Assembly: GCA_030597375.1 (NCBI GenBank)
Contig: JAUVRX010000003.1
Location: 1-46,909, forward strand
Direction: 5' to 3'
DNA length: 46,909 bases
Source: Acidobacteriota bacterium
GTDB lineage: Bacteria; Acidobacteriota; Thermoanaerobaculia; Multivoradales; JAHEKO01
In this document: positions 8,881-18,723 of the stretch, piece after piece
Position numbering within the stretch: the stretch's first letter is position 1
Layout of the letters: each line of letters opens with the position of its first letter
Program-made: the position numbers and the translations under genes
The notes under the pieces: generated by a model
Database searches by the model: none
What the model saw: the letters and a program-made list of their open reading frames with translations, nothing else
Told to the model about the DNA's origin: nothing

Positions 8881-11295
8881 ATGGGCAAGATTCGGGTCAG
8901 AGATCTGGCGCAGAAGATGGGCGTTCCCGAACAGGATCTCCTGTTCAAGCTGAAGTCCATCGGCGTCCGTCTGGATGAAGAGAATCCAGAGATCGATACC
9001 GGTGTGATTCAGGCGATCCTGGAGGGCAAGAGACTCCCACAGCCTCGGGAAGTAATCCTGAGGGACGAGGAGGCCAAGGCCACTGCCACACCGGTCACCG
9101 CCCGTCGCCGGCCGGCACCTAGGAGAATGCCGCAAGGGCCAGTTCGCCCGGGCCGCCGGCGTCCGATGATTCAGAGGGTAGAGCCCCGAATCAAGACCAT
9201 CCCGAGCTCCGAGCCACCCAAGGTCGACCGACCCCCAGCCGAGCCGATTCCAGCTCCTCCGGAGGTCACAGCCACTCAGGAGACTGCGCCGAGCGGAGTG
9301 GCTCCCACTGCGCCGACAATCGAGGCCAAGACCACTGACGCAGCTGCCAAGACCAGGGAAGCTGCGCCAGGCAGCCAGGTCCCGAGTGCAGTTACGACAC
9401 CGACCAGGAGATCCAAACCAGGCGTAGTCGAAGTCGAAACCTCGAAGGGGCGAAGTCAGCGTCGGGCAGACCGGAGACCGCAGAAGGGTGCAGAGGCTGG
9501 GCGGCTCTTGACCTTCAAGACGTCGCCCCCCGAAGCGCCCATCACCATTTCCGAGGGCATGACTGTCCGCGACTTCGCCGACAAGCTGGGAGTCAAAGCC
9601 AAGGATCTCATCCAGATGCTCGTCAGGCGCGGCATCATGGCCACCATCAACCATGTATTGGAAACCGACCTGGCCCTGGAGATCGCCGAACAGCACGGCA
9701 TCGAAGCCACGGTGGTCACCTTCGAAGAGGAAATGCAACTCCATCAGGTACAGGAGTTGGAGCTCGAAGAGGCAGTACCCCAGTCGCCACGTGCTCCTGT
9801 GGTGACCATCATGGGCCATGTCGACCACGGTAAGACGACGCTCCTCGACGCCATCCGCTCCTCGAAGATCACCGAGAGCGAGCATGGCGGCATAACACAA
9901 CATATCGGCGCCTACCAGGTCGAGGTCAAAGGCAAGAAGATCGTCTTCCTGGATACGCCCGGGCACGAGGCCTTCACGATGATGCGAGCCAGGGGGGCCA
10001 GGGCCACCGATATCGTGGTTCTCGTCGTGGCTGCGGACGACGGCGTCATGCCCCAGACCGTCGAAGCGATCGACCATGCGCGAGCCGCTGGTGTGCCGAT
10101 CCTCGTCGCTATCAACAAGATCGACAAGGCCAACGCCAATCCGGACCGCGTCAAGAAGGAACTGGCAGAGCACGAGTTGACTGTGGAGGACTGGGGTGGC
10201 GAGACGGTCTCAGTTTCCATCTCCGCCCTCAAGAACGAAGGCATCTCCGAATTGATGGAGATGATTCTGTTGACAGCCGAGCTGGCGGATCTGAAAGCCA
10301 ACCCGGAGCTGCCTGCACAGGGCGTGGTTCTGGAAGCCCGCAAGGAGGTCGGCCGCGGCATCATCGCTACCGTCCTGGTCCAGAATGGGGCCATGCACCG
10401 GGGCGACATCTTCGTCGCTGGGGCGACATGGGGTCGAGTCCGTTCCATGATGAACGACCGCAATGAGAAAATTCAGGAAGCCGGACCGGCCACTCCGACC
10501 GAGGTCATGGGTTTCGGCGACGTGCCGGAGGCTGGAGACCTTTTCCAAGTCGTCGAAGAGGAAGCCAAGGCCCGCGCTATCTCCGAGTTCCGCCACCACG
10601 AGAAGCGCATTCGCGAGCTCGCGCCGAGTATCGGCAAGACCTCCCTCGAACAGCTCTTCAGCCAGATTCAGCAGGGTGGGATCAAGGAGCTTCCCATCGT
10701 CCTGAAGGCCGATGTCAAGGGCTCTGTAGAGGTCTTGCGAGACACGCTCAGCAAGTTGTCCACGGACCAGGTCAAGCTAGAAGTGATCCGTGCCGCGGTG
10801 GGTGGCATCACGACGGACGACATTATTCTCGCCTCCGCCTCGGGAGCAGTGGTCGTAGGCTTCAACGTCAGACCAGAGCGCAAGGCAGCAGATTTGGCGA
10901 ACAAAGAGGAAGTCGACGTTCGACTTCACACCGTCATCTATGAATTGAGCGACGAGATCAAGAAGGCCATGGTGGGGCTGTTGGAGCCCACCTTCAAGGA
11001 GGTACAGACCGGGCGAGCAGAGGTTCGAGAGACCTTCAGCGTACCCAAGCTGGGTGTAGTGGCCGGCTGTCATATCATCGAGGGAGTGATCCCTCGCAGC
11101 GCCTCTGTTCGACTCTTGAGAGATAACGTCGTGATCTACGAAGGTACGATCGGCTCCCTGAGACGGTTCAAGGAGGACGTATCCGAGGTCCGGACCGGTT
11201 TCGACTGTGGCATCCGGCTCGATCGCTATCAGGATGTCAAGCCGGGAGACACCATCGAAGCATTCGTCCAGGAAGAGGTCGCTCCAACACTCTGA
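8881..11295 (+). CDS. infB: Translation initiation factor IF-2
   Basis: [31 protein letters not shown]. Confidence 0.98.
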   Translation: MGKIRVRDLAQKMGVPEQDLLFKLKSIGVRLDEENPEIDTGVIQAILEGKRLPQPREVILRDEEAKATATPVTARRRPAPRRMPQGPVRPGRRRPMIQRVEPRIKTIPSSEPPKVDRPPAEPIPAPPEVTATQETAPSGVAPTAPTIEAKTTDAAAKTREAAPGSQVPSAVTTPTRRSKPGVVEVETSKGRSQRRADRRPQKGAEAGRLLTFKTSPPEAPITISEGMTVRDFADKLGVKAKDLIQMLVRRGIMATINHVLETDLALEIAEQHGIEATVVTFEEEMQLHQVQELELEEAVPQSPRAPVVTIMGHVDHGKTTLLDAIRSSKITESEHGGITQHIGAYQVEVKGKKIVFLDTPGHEAFTMMRARGARATDIVVLVVAADDGVMPQTVEAIDHARAAGVPILVAINKIDKANANPDRVKKELAEHELTVEDWGGETVSVSISALKNEGISELMEMILLTAELADLKANPELPAQGVVLEARKEVGRGIIATVLVQNGAMHRGDIFVAGATWGRVRSMMNDRNEKIQEAGPATPTEVMGFGDVPEAGDLFQVVEEEAKARAISEFRHHEKRIRELAPSIGKTSLEQLFSQIQQGGIKELPIVLKADVKGSVEVLRDTLSKLSTDQVKLEVIRAAVGGITTDDIILASASGAVVVGFNVRPERKAADLANKEEVDVRLHTVIYELSDEIKKAMVGLLEPTFKEVQTGRAEVRETFSVPKLGVVAGCHIIEGVIPRSASVRLLRDNVVIYEGTIGSLRRFKEDVSEVRTGFDCGIRLDRYQDVKPGDTIEAFVQEEVAPTL

Positions 11296-11424
11296 GACGG
11301 GTAGAGCACTCCCCTACTGATCCCGCGGCGCAGAAGGGCTCTTCGAGTCAGCTGTAACACCCTTCCAGCGGCAGCCGGACGACGAAGAGCGGTTCGTAGG
11401 AACGGGTACCCACCTGGTGTCAAC

Positions 11425-11718
11425 ATGGTTGTCGTCATCTCTGTCGTCGAGCTACATATCCCCGAGGGCCGGAGCCTCAAACAGAAACGCCGCATCCTCA
11501 AGAGCATCATGGACCGGATTCACCAGCGCTACAGGGTCTCCATCGCCGAGACCGACTACCACGATCTGCATCAGCGAGCCGAGATCGCGATCGCCGCTGT
11601 CCACGGCTCCCGCTCCGAAATGGAACGAATGATGCAGGGGATTCGCCACCTCGTGGAGGCAACGCCAGGGGCCATGTTGCTCTCGTGGGAACCTCAGTAC
11701 TTGGAGACTGCGGGATGA
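11425..11718 (+). CDS. DUF503 (YlxP-like) protein
   Basis: LHIPEGRSLKQKRR...VSIAETDYHDLHQRA pattern; canonical position between infB and rbfA. Confidence 0.9.
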   Translation: MVVVISVVELHIPEGRSLKQKRRILKSIMDRIHQRYRVSIAETDYHDLHQRAEIAIAAVHGSRSEMERMMQGIRHLVEATPGAMLLSWEPQYLETAG

Positions 11719-12086
11719 GCCGGCGCACTCACAGGGTCGAGGATTTGTTGCGTACCGAGATCTCGAAAATCATCCTGCGTCGCATCCAGGACCCTCGAGT
11801 GCAGTTGGCATCCGTTTCGAAAGTCGACGTCAGTCCCGATTTGAAGAGAGCCGTCGTGCAGATATCAATCATCGGTAACGACGAAGATCGAGAGGCCACT
11901 ATCGAGGCCCTGCGGCATGCCCAGGGGTTCATTCGATCTTGCCTTGCCAAGAGCCTGAAGAGAATGCGTACCATCCCTGAATTGCTCTTCGAGATCGACC
12001 GGGGGGCAGAGTACAGTCAACACATCAGTGACCTGTTGGAGAAACTTCATGAGCGCGAACACGAAAGCACCAGAGAATCTTCTTAA
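11715..12086 (+). CDS. rbfA: Ribosome-binding factor A
   Basis: MSRRTHRV...DPR...VDVSPDL...GFIRS...IPELLFEID; ATGA overlap with DUF503. Confidence 0.95.
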   Translation: MSRRTHRVEDLLRTEISKIILRRIQDPRVQLASVSKVDVSPDLKRAVVQISIIGNDEDREATIEALRHAQGFIRSCLAKSLKRMRTIPELLFEIDRGAEYSQHISDLLEKLHEREHESTRESS

Positions 12087-13026
12087 GAAACTCCGCTCCG
12101 GGCATCGTTATGTCATCACGAGCCACATCAATCCTGATGGGGATGCCGTCGGCTCTTCGCTGGGCCTGGTCCGGATCCTGAGGGCCATCGGCAAGGGAGC
12201 TGTCATCTGGAGTAGGGATGAGCCGCCCAAGCTCTACCGCGCCTTGGCAGGCAGTGACCGCATGCACCTCGGATCTGAACCTCCGGCTGGATTTCCCGAC
12301 TCATTCGACGGCGCCATCGTGCTCGAGTGCCCGACATTGGATCGCTGCGGATTGGAAGAACATCTGTCTGACCTGCCGGTGATCAATATCGACCATCACC
12401 TGGGCAACGAGCACTACGGCGAGGTCAATTGGGTCGATACAGCCGCGCCCTCCCTCGGAGAGATGATCTATCGTCTCTCGCAGGGCCTGATGGTCAGCCT
12501 CGATCAGGAAACCGCCACCGCACTCTACCTAACCCTCGTCACCGACACAGGTGGCTTCCGATTCGCCAATTCGACACCTGCGGCATTCGCGGCAGCCTCG
12601 GCATTGGTAACCGAGGGGGCGAGTCCCGAGCAGGTGGCCCAATGGCTCTACGAGAGCCAGCCAGAATCGGCCGTGCGGCTGCTCGGTGAAATGCTCCAGT
12701 CCCTGGAGATTCATGATGGTCGAGTTGCCACGGCCGTCGTCACTCTGGAGATGTTCGACAACGCAGGGGCCTCTCCCAGCGACACCGAAGGCCTGATCGA
12801 TCACCCTCGCTCCATCGCCGGGGTCGACGCCGTAGCCCTCATTCGGCAGGTTGATGAAAAGCGGTTCAAAGTCTCGTTACGGAGTCGCGGTGACATCGAC
12901 GTCGAGAAAGTCGCCCGTCAACATGGAGGTGGCGGACATCGCAACGCCGCTGGATACATGGCCGACGGCCCTATCGAAGACCTGCGCCCGAAGGTCCTGA
13001 GCGAGCTCCAGGCTGCCCTCGGTTGA
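12049..13026 (+). CDS. nrnA: DHH/DHHA1 phosphoesterase (NanoRNase A / pAp phosphatase)
   Basis: HINPDGDAVGS, IDHH, TDTGGFRF, SLRS, GGGGHRNAAG. Confidence 0.93.
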   Translation: MSANTKAPENLLKKLRSGHRYVITSHINPDGDAVGSSLGLVRILRAIGKGAVIWSRDEPPKLYRALAGSDRMHLGSEPPAGFPDSFDGAIVLECPTLDRCGLEEHLSDLPVINIDHHLGNEHYGEVNWVDTAAPSLGEMIYRLSQGLMVSLDQETATALYLTLVTDTGGFRFANSTPAAFAAASALVTEGASPEQVAQWLYESQPESAVRLLGEMLQSLEIHDGRVATAVVTLEMFDNAGASPSDTEGLIDHPRSIAGVDAVALIRQVDEKRFKVSLRSRGDIDVEKVARQHGGGGHRNAAGYMADGPIEDLRPKVLSELQAALG

Positions 13027-13030
13027 AGCC

Positions 13031-13939
13031 ATGCACGACGGTCTCTATTTGATCGACAAGGAGCCGGCCTGTACCTCCCACGACGTGGTGCAGCAGGCCC
13101 GTAGAATTCTTTCCCAACGCAAGATCGGGCATTGCGGCACGCTGGACCCCGGCGCCACAGGCCTGCTCGTCCTGACCCTCGGCCGAGCCACCAGGCTGAC
13201 CCGCTTCCTGATCCGGGCACCGAAGATCTACGAAGGCGATATCCAGTTCGGTCTGACGACCGACACCTACGATCGTCACGGTGAGACCACAGCCGTGAGC
13301 TCTATCGACGGCCTCGAAGTCTCGGCCATCACGAGCTCCCTGAAAGAGCTCGTCGGAACACTCGATCAAGCCGCCCCTCCCTTCAGCGCCAAGAAGTTCA
13401 AGGGAGTCAAGTACTACGAGATGGCTCGGCGGGGCGAGGAGGTACCGGAGGCGCGAAAGCAGATCACAATCTTCGATTTCAGCGCTACAGGACCCCTCGT
13501 GGAGGGTGTCCTGCCTTTCCGGCTCGAGTGCTCGTCTGGCACCTACGTTCGAAGTCTGGCGCACGACCTCGGCCAGACGCTCGGCTGTGGAGCCCACCTT
13601 GCCGAGCTGCGCCGAATCAAAGTCGGGCCTTTTCACATCGACCAGGCCGTCTCCCTCGACAAGCTGAGCGAGGAGGCAGAAGCCGAGGCTGCGCCGCGTC
13701 AGGGCTGGGTACCCCTCGATCAGCTTCCTTTGCCTTTCCAGGAGCTGGCAACCGACAGTCAACAGTCCAAGAGAGTCGTCCATGGTCAGTCGGTGTTGTT
13801 TCGGGACCTCGAGGGTGAAGAGGGTGATTGGGTGAAGCTCGTCGACCGACGGGGGCAGCTCATCGCCGTGGGTACGGTTGCAGAGCGGATCGGCACCGGC
13901 AAAGTCGGCCTTGTCCAGCCCCGGATCGTCTTTACATAG
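13031..13939 (+). CDS. truB: tRNA pseudouridine(55) synthase
   Basis: IDKEP..TSHDVV, KIGHCGTLDPGATG, CSSGTYVRSLA. Confidence 0.96.
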   Translation: MHDGLYLIDKEPACTSHDVVQQARRILSQRKIGHCGTLDPGATGLLVLTLGRATRLTRFLIRAPKIYEGDIQFGLTTDTYDRHGETTAVSSIDGLEVSAITSSLKELVGTLDQAAPPFSAKKFKGVKYYEMARRGEEVPEARKQITIFDFSATGPLVEGVLPFRLECSSGTYVRSLAHDLGQTLGCGAHLAELRRIKVGPFHIDQAVSLDKLSEEAEAEAAPRQGWVPLDQLPLPFQELATDSQQSKRVVHGQSVLFRDLEGEEGDWVKLVDRRGQLIAVGTVAERIGTGKVGLVQPRIVFT

Positions 13940-14033
13940 TTGTAGTCTTGACACCGTTGGCACGCAGAGCGCTGTGCTAGCATGCACTGTTTGATAGAGG
14001 TAGAGGTTTTAGAGAAGCAAGGAGGAAGCAGAG

Positions 14034-14303
14034 TTGTCCCAGACCAAAGAGGTCAAATCAAAGATCATTCAAGAGTCACGCCTGCACGATAACGATACCG
14101 GTTCTCCGGAGGTGCAGGTGGCCCTTCTGACGAATCGGATTACCGAGTTGACCGAGCACTTCAAGACGCACGCCAAGGATCACCACAGCCGGCGAGGCTT
14201 GCTCAAACTCGTCGGGCAACGAAGACGGTTGCTCGACTACATGAAGGGGCAGGACTTCGAGCGCTACCGCGCCACAATCGAGCGACTGGGCATCCGCAAG
14301 TAG
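14034..14303 (+). CDS. rpsO: 30S ribosomal protein S15
   Basis: [33 protein letters not shown]; TTG start after AAGGAGG. Confidence 0.98.
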   Translation: MSQTKEVKSKIIQESRLHDNDTGSPEVQVALLTNRITELTEHFKTHAKDHHSRRGLLKLVGQRRRLLDYMKGQDFERYRATIERLGIRK

Positions 14304-14316
14304 AGAACCCTGAGCC

Positions 14317-14404
14317 TGTGCTGCCGGGGAGAGACCTCCATGGCAGCACATCCACTGGCCGTCCCTGACTAGCTGCTCATCCCAGTCTGAGTCAGTCCCG
14401 GCAG
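14317..14404 (+). promoter_or_regulatory. rpsO-pnp intercistronic stem-loop region
   Basis: TGTGCTGCC(14317-25)/GGCAGCACA(14342-50) perfect 9-bp stem; alternative pairing CTGCCGGG/CCCGGCAG(14397-14404). Confidence 0.5.
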
Positions 14405-14436
14405 AGCCCGCGCAAACCAAGCGAACAGGAACCCTT

Positions 14437-16668
14437 ATGAAACATGAATCTGAAGTAACCGTCGGTGCCGAAACCATCACCTTTGAAACCGGCAAGCTTG
14501 CCAGGCAGGCCGACGGCTCCTGTGTGACGCGATGTGGCGACACCGGCGTACTGAGCACCGCCTGCATGCTGAAACCCGCCAGCACCCGGGACTTTCTCCC
14601 TTTGACCGTCGACTACCGCGAGTACACCTATGCCGGTGGTCGGATCCCGGGCGGCTTTTTCAAGCGCGAGGGGCGTCCCACCGAGAAAGAGATCCTCACG
14701 TGCCGAATGCCAGACCGCCCATTGCGGCCTCTCTTTCCCGAGGGCTACAGGCACGAAACCCAGGTCATATCGCTCGTGCTGTCGGCTGACGGTGAGAACG
14801 ACCCGGACATCCTCGCCATCAACGGAGCTTCGGCGGCTCTGATGGTCTCAGCAATCCCTTTCTACACTCCGGTTGCGGCGGTCCGCGTCGGACTCGTAGA
14901 AGGCGAAGTCGTGTTCAATCCTGCCAACAGCCTACGCGATGTTTCCGATCTCGATCTCATCGTGGTCGGAACCGAGGAAGCCGTCGTCATGGTGGAGGCC
15001 GGCGCCAATCAGCTCTCCGAGGAGATCCTTCTCGACTGCATATTCAAGGGACACGAGGAGATCCAGAAGCTCATCCAGGCCCAGCTCGACCTGCAGCGGA
15101 AGGTCGGTGTCCAGAAGCCGGAATGGCAAGCGCCCCAGTCCTTCTCCAGCGAGCTGTTCGAGCAGGTCAAGACCGACCTCTATGACTCCCTTTTCACAGC
15201 CCTGCACACAACTGGAAAGTTCGAGAGACGAGAGGCTGTGGCGACTCTGGTCGATCCCTATCTCGAGGCACTGGCCGGGGAGGAAGAGGACAGGATACCC
15301 CTGGTCAAACAGGTCATCAAACGGCTGGAGGAAGATATCCTGCGGCAAGAGATCCTCACCAACCGAAAGCGCTTCGACGGCAGGACCCTGGATCAGATCC
15401 GCGATATCGAAATCGACGTCGGCCCGCTACCCCGGACCCATGGCTCTGCCCTGTTCACCCGCGGTGAGACCCAGGCACTGGTGTCGGCTACTCTCGGCAC
15501 CAGCCGCGACGCTCAAATCATCGAGGAGTACGAGGGCGAAAGCCGACAGAAGTTCATCTTGCACTACAGCTTTCCTCCGTTTTCAGTCGGCGAGGTCAAG
15601 TTTCTTCGCGGCCCGAGCCGGCGCGAGATCGGTCACGGTGTCCTGGCGAGGCGGGCCCTGACTCCCCTGCTGCCTCACGAAGACGACTTCCCCTATACGA
15701 TTCGCGTGGTCTCCGACATTCTCGAATCGAACGGCTCGTCCTCCATGGCCACGGTTTGTGGCGGCTCCCTGGCCCTGTTCGATGCCGGCGTACCGATGCT
15801 CGCGCCCGTCGCCGGTGTAGCCATGGGCCTCATCAAGAGCGACGACGGCTTCGCGGTCCTGTCCGATATCGCCGGCCAGGAGGACCACTATGGCGACATG
15901 GACTTCAAGGTAGCCGGAACCCGAACTGGAATCACCGCCTTGCAGATGGACATCAAGATCGCGGGTGTCACCCGCGAGATCATGCAGGCGGCGTTGGCTC
16001 AGGCCCACACGGGTCGGATGCATATTCTTGATCTCATGCAAGAGGCCATCGACTCTCCTCGGCAGGATCTCTCCGAATTCGCACCGCGCCTCTACACCAT
16101 GTCCGTCCCGACGGACAAGATCCGCGACATCATCGGTCCCGGAGGAAAGACCATACGCTCGATCGTTGAAGAGACCGGCTGCGAAGTGGATGTCCAGAAC
16201 GACGGCACCGTGGTCATCGCCTCGCCGGATGGAGTGGCAGCAAAGCGGGCCAGGGAGATCATCGAACGGCTCACCGAGACCCCGGAGATCGGCAAGATCT
16301 ACGAGGGAACCGTTCGCCGCGTCGAGGGCTACGGCGCCTTCGTTGAGATTCTGCCTGGATCCGACGGCCTGGTCCATATCAGCGAGCTGGCGCCCTATCG
16401 AGTCCGAGAAGTGACGGATATCGTTCAGGAGGGTGACAGCCTCGAGGTCAAGGTCATCAACATCGACGAGCAAGGCAAGGTCCGCCTTTCGCGCAAGGCC
16501 GTCATCATGGAGGCCCCAGATTACGATCCTTCCAAATACGAAGGCATGGGCTACGAAGGTCCCCCACCGGAACGACGCGATCGCGGCGGCCAACGGGACT
16601 CGCGGTCCAATCCCCGGCGGCGCGGCGGAGGCGGAGGTTCCGGCGGCCCTCGCAGGGGCCGGAGCTGA
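14437..16668 (+). CDS. pnp: Polyribonucleotide nucleotidyltransferase (PNPase)
   Basis: FLPLTVDYRE, GFFKREGRP, RREIGHG, SNGSSSMA, GDMDFKVAGT, KH and S1 domains, R/G-rich tail. Confidence 0.98.
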   Translation: MKHESEVTVGAETITFETGKLARQADGSCVTRCGDTGVLSTACMLKPASTRDFLPLTVDYREYTYAGGRIPGGFFKREGRPTEKEILTCRMPDRPLRPLFPEGYRHETQVISLVLSADGENDPDILAINGASAALMVSAIPFYTPVAAVRVGLVEGEVVFNPANSLRDVSDLDLIVVGTEEAVVMVEAGANQLSEEILLDCIFKGHEEIQKLIQAQLDLQRKVGVQKPEWQAPQSFSSELFEQVKTDLYDSLFTALHTTGKFERREAVATLVDPYLEALAGEEEDRIPLVKQVIKRLEEDILRQEILTNRKRFDGRTLDQIRDIEIDVGPLPRTHGSALFTRGETQALVSATLGTSRDAQIIEEYEGESRQKFILHYSFPPFSVGEVKFLRGPSRREIGHGVLARRALTPLLPHEDDFPYTIRVVSDILESNGSSSMATVCGGSLALFDAGVPMLAPVAGVAMGLIKSDDGFAVLSDIAGQEDHYGDMDFKVAGTRTGITALQMDIKIAGVTREIMQAALAQAHTGRMHILDLMQEAIDSPRQDLSEFAPRLYTMSVPTDKIRDIIGPGGKTIRSIVEETGCEVDVQNDGTVVIASPDGVAAKRAREIIERLTETPEIGKIYEGTVRRVEGYGAFVEILPGSDGLVHISELAPYRVREVTDIVQEGDSLEVKVINIDEQGKVRLSRKAVIMEAPDYDPSKYEGMGYEGPPPERRDRGGQRDSRSNPRRRGGGGGSGGPRRGRS

Positions 16669-16724
16669 GGCGCCAGCCCGCATGATTCATGAGGGCTAGG
16701 CCTATTGCTACCGTCGACCTCCGA

Positions 16725-17900
16725 ATGAACGCTTCTCCCGAAGCACGGAGTCCAGACCGAGAGAGCGGCTCTGCGCCGGGCTACATTCTGGTCGTCGACG
16801 ACGAAGAGCAGATCCGGGACCTCATCAGCCGCTACCTGGTGGAGGGCGGACACCAGTGCCATACCGCCGCCACTGCAGAAGAGGCTCTTGCAGTAGCAGC
16901 CACCTATCCCGACCCCGCGCTGGTACTGACGGACATTCGCATGCCGGGAGTCGGTGGCGTCGAGCTCCTGCATCGCCTCAAGCAGATGGACGAAAACGTC
17001 CAGGTCGTCATGGTCTCGAGCCACCAGGATCTCGACACCGTTCGGCAGTGTCTGCGGGAGGGTGCCTACGACTATCTCCTGAAGCCTTTCAAATGGGAGC
17101 TCCTGTCGAATACCGTGTCGCGAGCTCTCGAGCGCCATTATCTGCTGCGGGAGAACGATCGCTATCGACAGAATCTCGAGCGGCTCATTCTGGAGCAGAC
17201 CGAAGAGATTCGCGAGACCCGTGACATCGCCATGATCACGCTTGCCAAGCTGGCCGAATCGCGAGACAGCACGACAGGCCTTCATCTGGACCGAATCGAG
17301 GCCTACAGTCGTCGGCTGGCGGAAGAGCTTCAGGCCGGCCCCTACGCGAGCCATCTGACGGACGCATATCTCGACCACCTGGCAAAGTCCAGCCCTCTTC
17401 ACGACATCGGCAAGGTCGGCATACCCGACTCGATCCTCTGTAAGCCCGGCCCTCTGAGCAGCGCGCAGTTTCGACTCATGCAGACGCACACCACGATCGG
17501 CGGCAACACGTTGCGCTCGGTCCTGGAGCGTTTCGAAACCCATGGCTTTCTGGTCATGGCCATGGAAATCGCCTACAGTCATCACGAACGATGGGATGGA
17601 TGCGGCTATCCACAGGGCCTGGCCGGTGAAGAGATCCCGCTGGCAGCGAGAATCGTCGCTCTGGTAGACTCCTACGACACTCTCACCAGCGACCGCCCCT
17701 ACAAACGAGCCGTTTCCCACGCCGAAGCCGTTCAGCGCATCGTCGTCGACCGTGGCAAGCACTTCGAGCCGGGCATCGTCGACGGTTTCATGGCCTGCCA
17801 TGCCGATCTCGACTCGATTCGGAAGCAAGGTTCCAGTGCCGACTCAGAGCCGGTGACATGGGACTCCGACGAGCAGCCCACCAAGGAGAATCCCAGCTGA
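16725..17900 (+). CDS. REC + HD-GYP response regulator (RpfG-like cyclic-di-GMP phosphodiesterase)
   Basis: REC (VVDDE, LTDIRMP, KPF); LHDIGKVGIPD; HHERWDGCGYPQGL; RPYK. Start could alternatively be 16689. Confidence 0.93.
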   Translation: MNASPEARSPDRESGSAPGYILVVDDEEQIRDLISRYLVEGGHQCHTAATAEEALAVAATYPDPALVLTDIRMPGVGGVELLHRLKQMDENVQVVMVSSHQDLDTVRQCLREGAYDYLLKPFKWELLSNTVSRALERHYLLRENDRYRQNLERLILEQTEEIRETRDIAMITLAKLAESRDSTTGLHLDRIEAYSRRLAEELQAGPYASHLTDAYLDHLAKSSPLHDIGKVGIPDSILCKPGPLSSAQFRLMQTHTTIGGNTLRSVLERFETHGFLVMAMEIAYSHHERWDGCGYPQGLAGEEIPLAARIVALVDSYDTLTSDRPYKRAVSHAEAVQRIVVDRGKHFEPGIVDGFMACHADLDSIRKQGSSADSEPVTWDSDEQPTKENPS

Positions 17901-17929
17901 CGATCGACAGGCCAACATCCAAGGGGACG

Positions 17930-18685
17930 GTGGATCGCGACGACCTGGTTTCCTACCTCGACAGATTCCTGATGGCGGACCAGGGCGCCGATTTCTGCCC
18001 GAACGGTTTGCAGGTCGAAGGGACTCCGACCGTTCGAAGACTTGTCACCGGCGTATCGGCCTGCCTCGAGCTATTCGAGCGCGCGCGTCAGCGACAGGCG
18101 GATGCGGTTCTCGTTCACCACGGCATCTTCTGGGAAGGCACTCCCAGACAATTGACGGGGCTCCAGCGCCGACGGGTGGCCGAGCTCATCGAAGCAGATC
18201 TCAATCTGATCGCCTACCACCTGCCTCTCGATCGCCACCCCGAGGTCGGCAACAATGCAGTCGCAGCTCGACGCCTGGAACTCCGACATCTCGAGCCCTT
18301 CGGGGATCACGCAGGATCGAGTTTGGGATTTAGAGGAGAGTTTGCCCGACCGATCCAGTTACCGGAGCTGCTCGATCGGTGTCGGGCGGTCTTCGCGCAG
18401 GAACCTCTCTGCTTTGCTGCCGGACCCGAAGCCGTCTCCACCCTCGGAGTGATCAGCGGCGGGGCCGAGAGCTCCTTTCATGACGCCATCTCCGCCGGCC
18501 TCGACGCCTTTGTCACCGGTGAGGCCAGTGAGTGGGTCATGAATGTCGCGCGAGAGAGCGCTACCCACTTCATCGCTGCCGGCCACTATGCCACCGAGCG
18601 CCTCGGCGTTCAGGCCCTCGGGGAGCACCTCCGCCAGAAGTTCGGAATCGAAGTACACTTCGAAGACATTCCAAACCCCGTCTAG
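17930..18685 (+). CDS. Nif3-like dinuclear metal centre protein (YbgI family)
   Basis: NGLQVEG, LVHHGIFW, AYHLPLDRHPEVGNN, AGHYATE, NPV end. Start is either GTG 17930 or CTG 17897. Confidence 0.93.
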   Translation: MDRDDLVSYLDRFLMADQGADFCPNGLQVEGTPTVRRLVTGVSACLELFERARQRQADAVLVHHGIFWEGTPRQLTGLQRRRVAELIEADLNLIAYHLPLDRHPEVGNNAVAARRLELRHLEPFGDHAGSSLGFRGEFARPIQLPELLDRCRAVFAQEPLCFAAGPEAVSTLGVISGGAESSFHDAISAGLDAFVTGEASEWVMNVARESATHFIAAGHYATERLGVQALGEHLRQKFGIEVHFEDIPNPV

Positions 18686-18723
18686 GAGTCCGCCCGAGGT
18701 ACCCAGGTCGCTGCGCGGGGGCC

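Noticed and set aside
13957-13973. sigma54-like TTGGCACG-N4-GCGCT upstream of rpsO
   Set aside because: The -12 element lacks TT; an extended -10 (TGcTAGCAT) nearby explains an r-protein promoter more simply.
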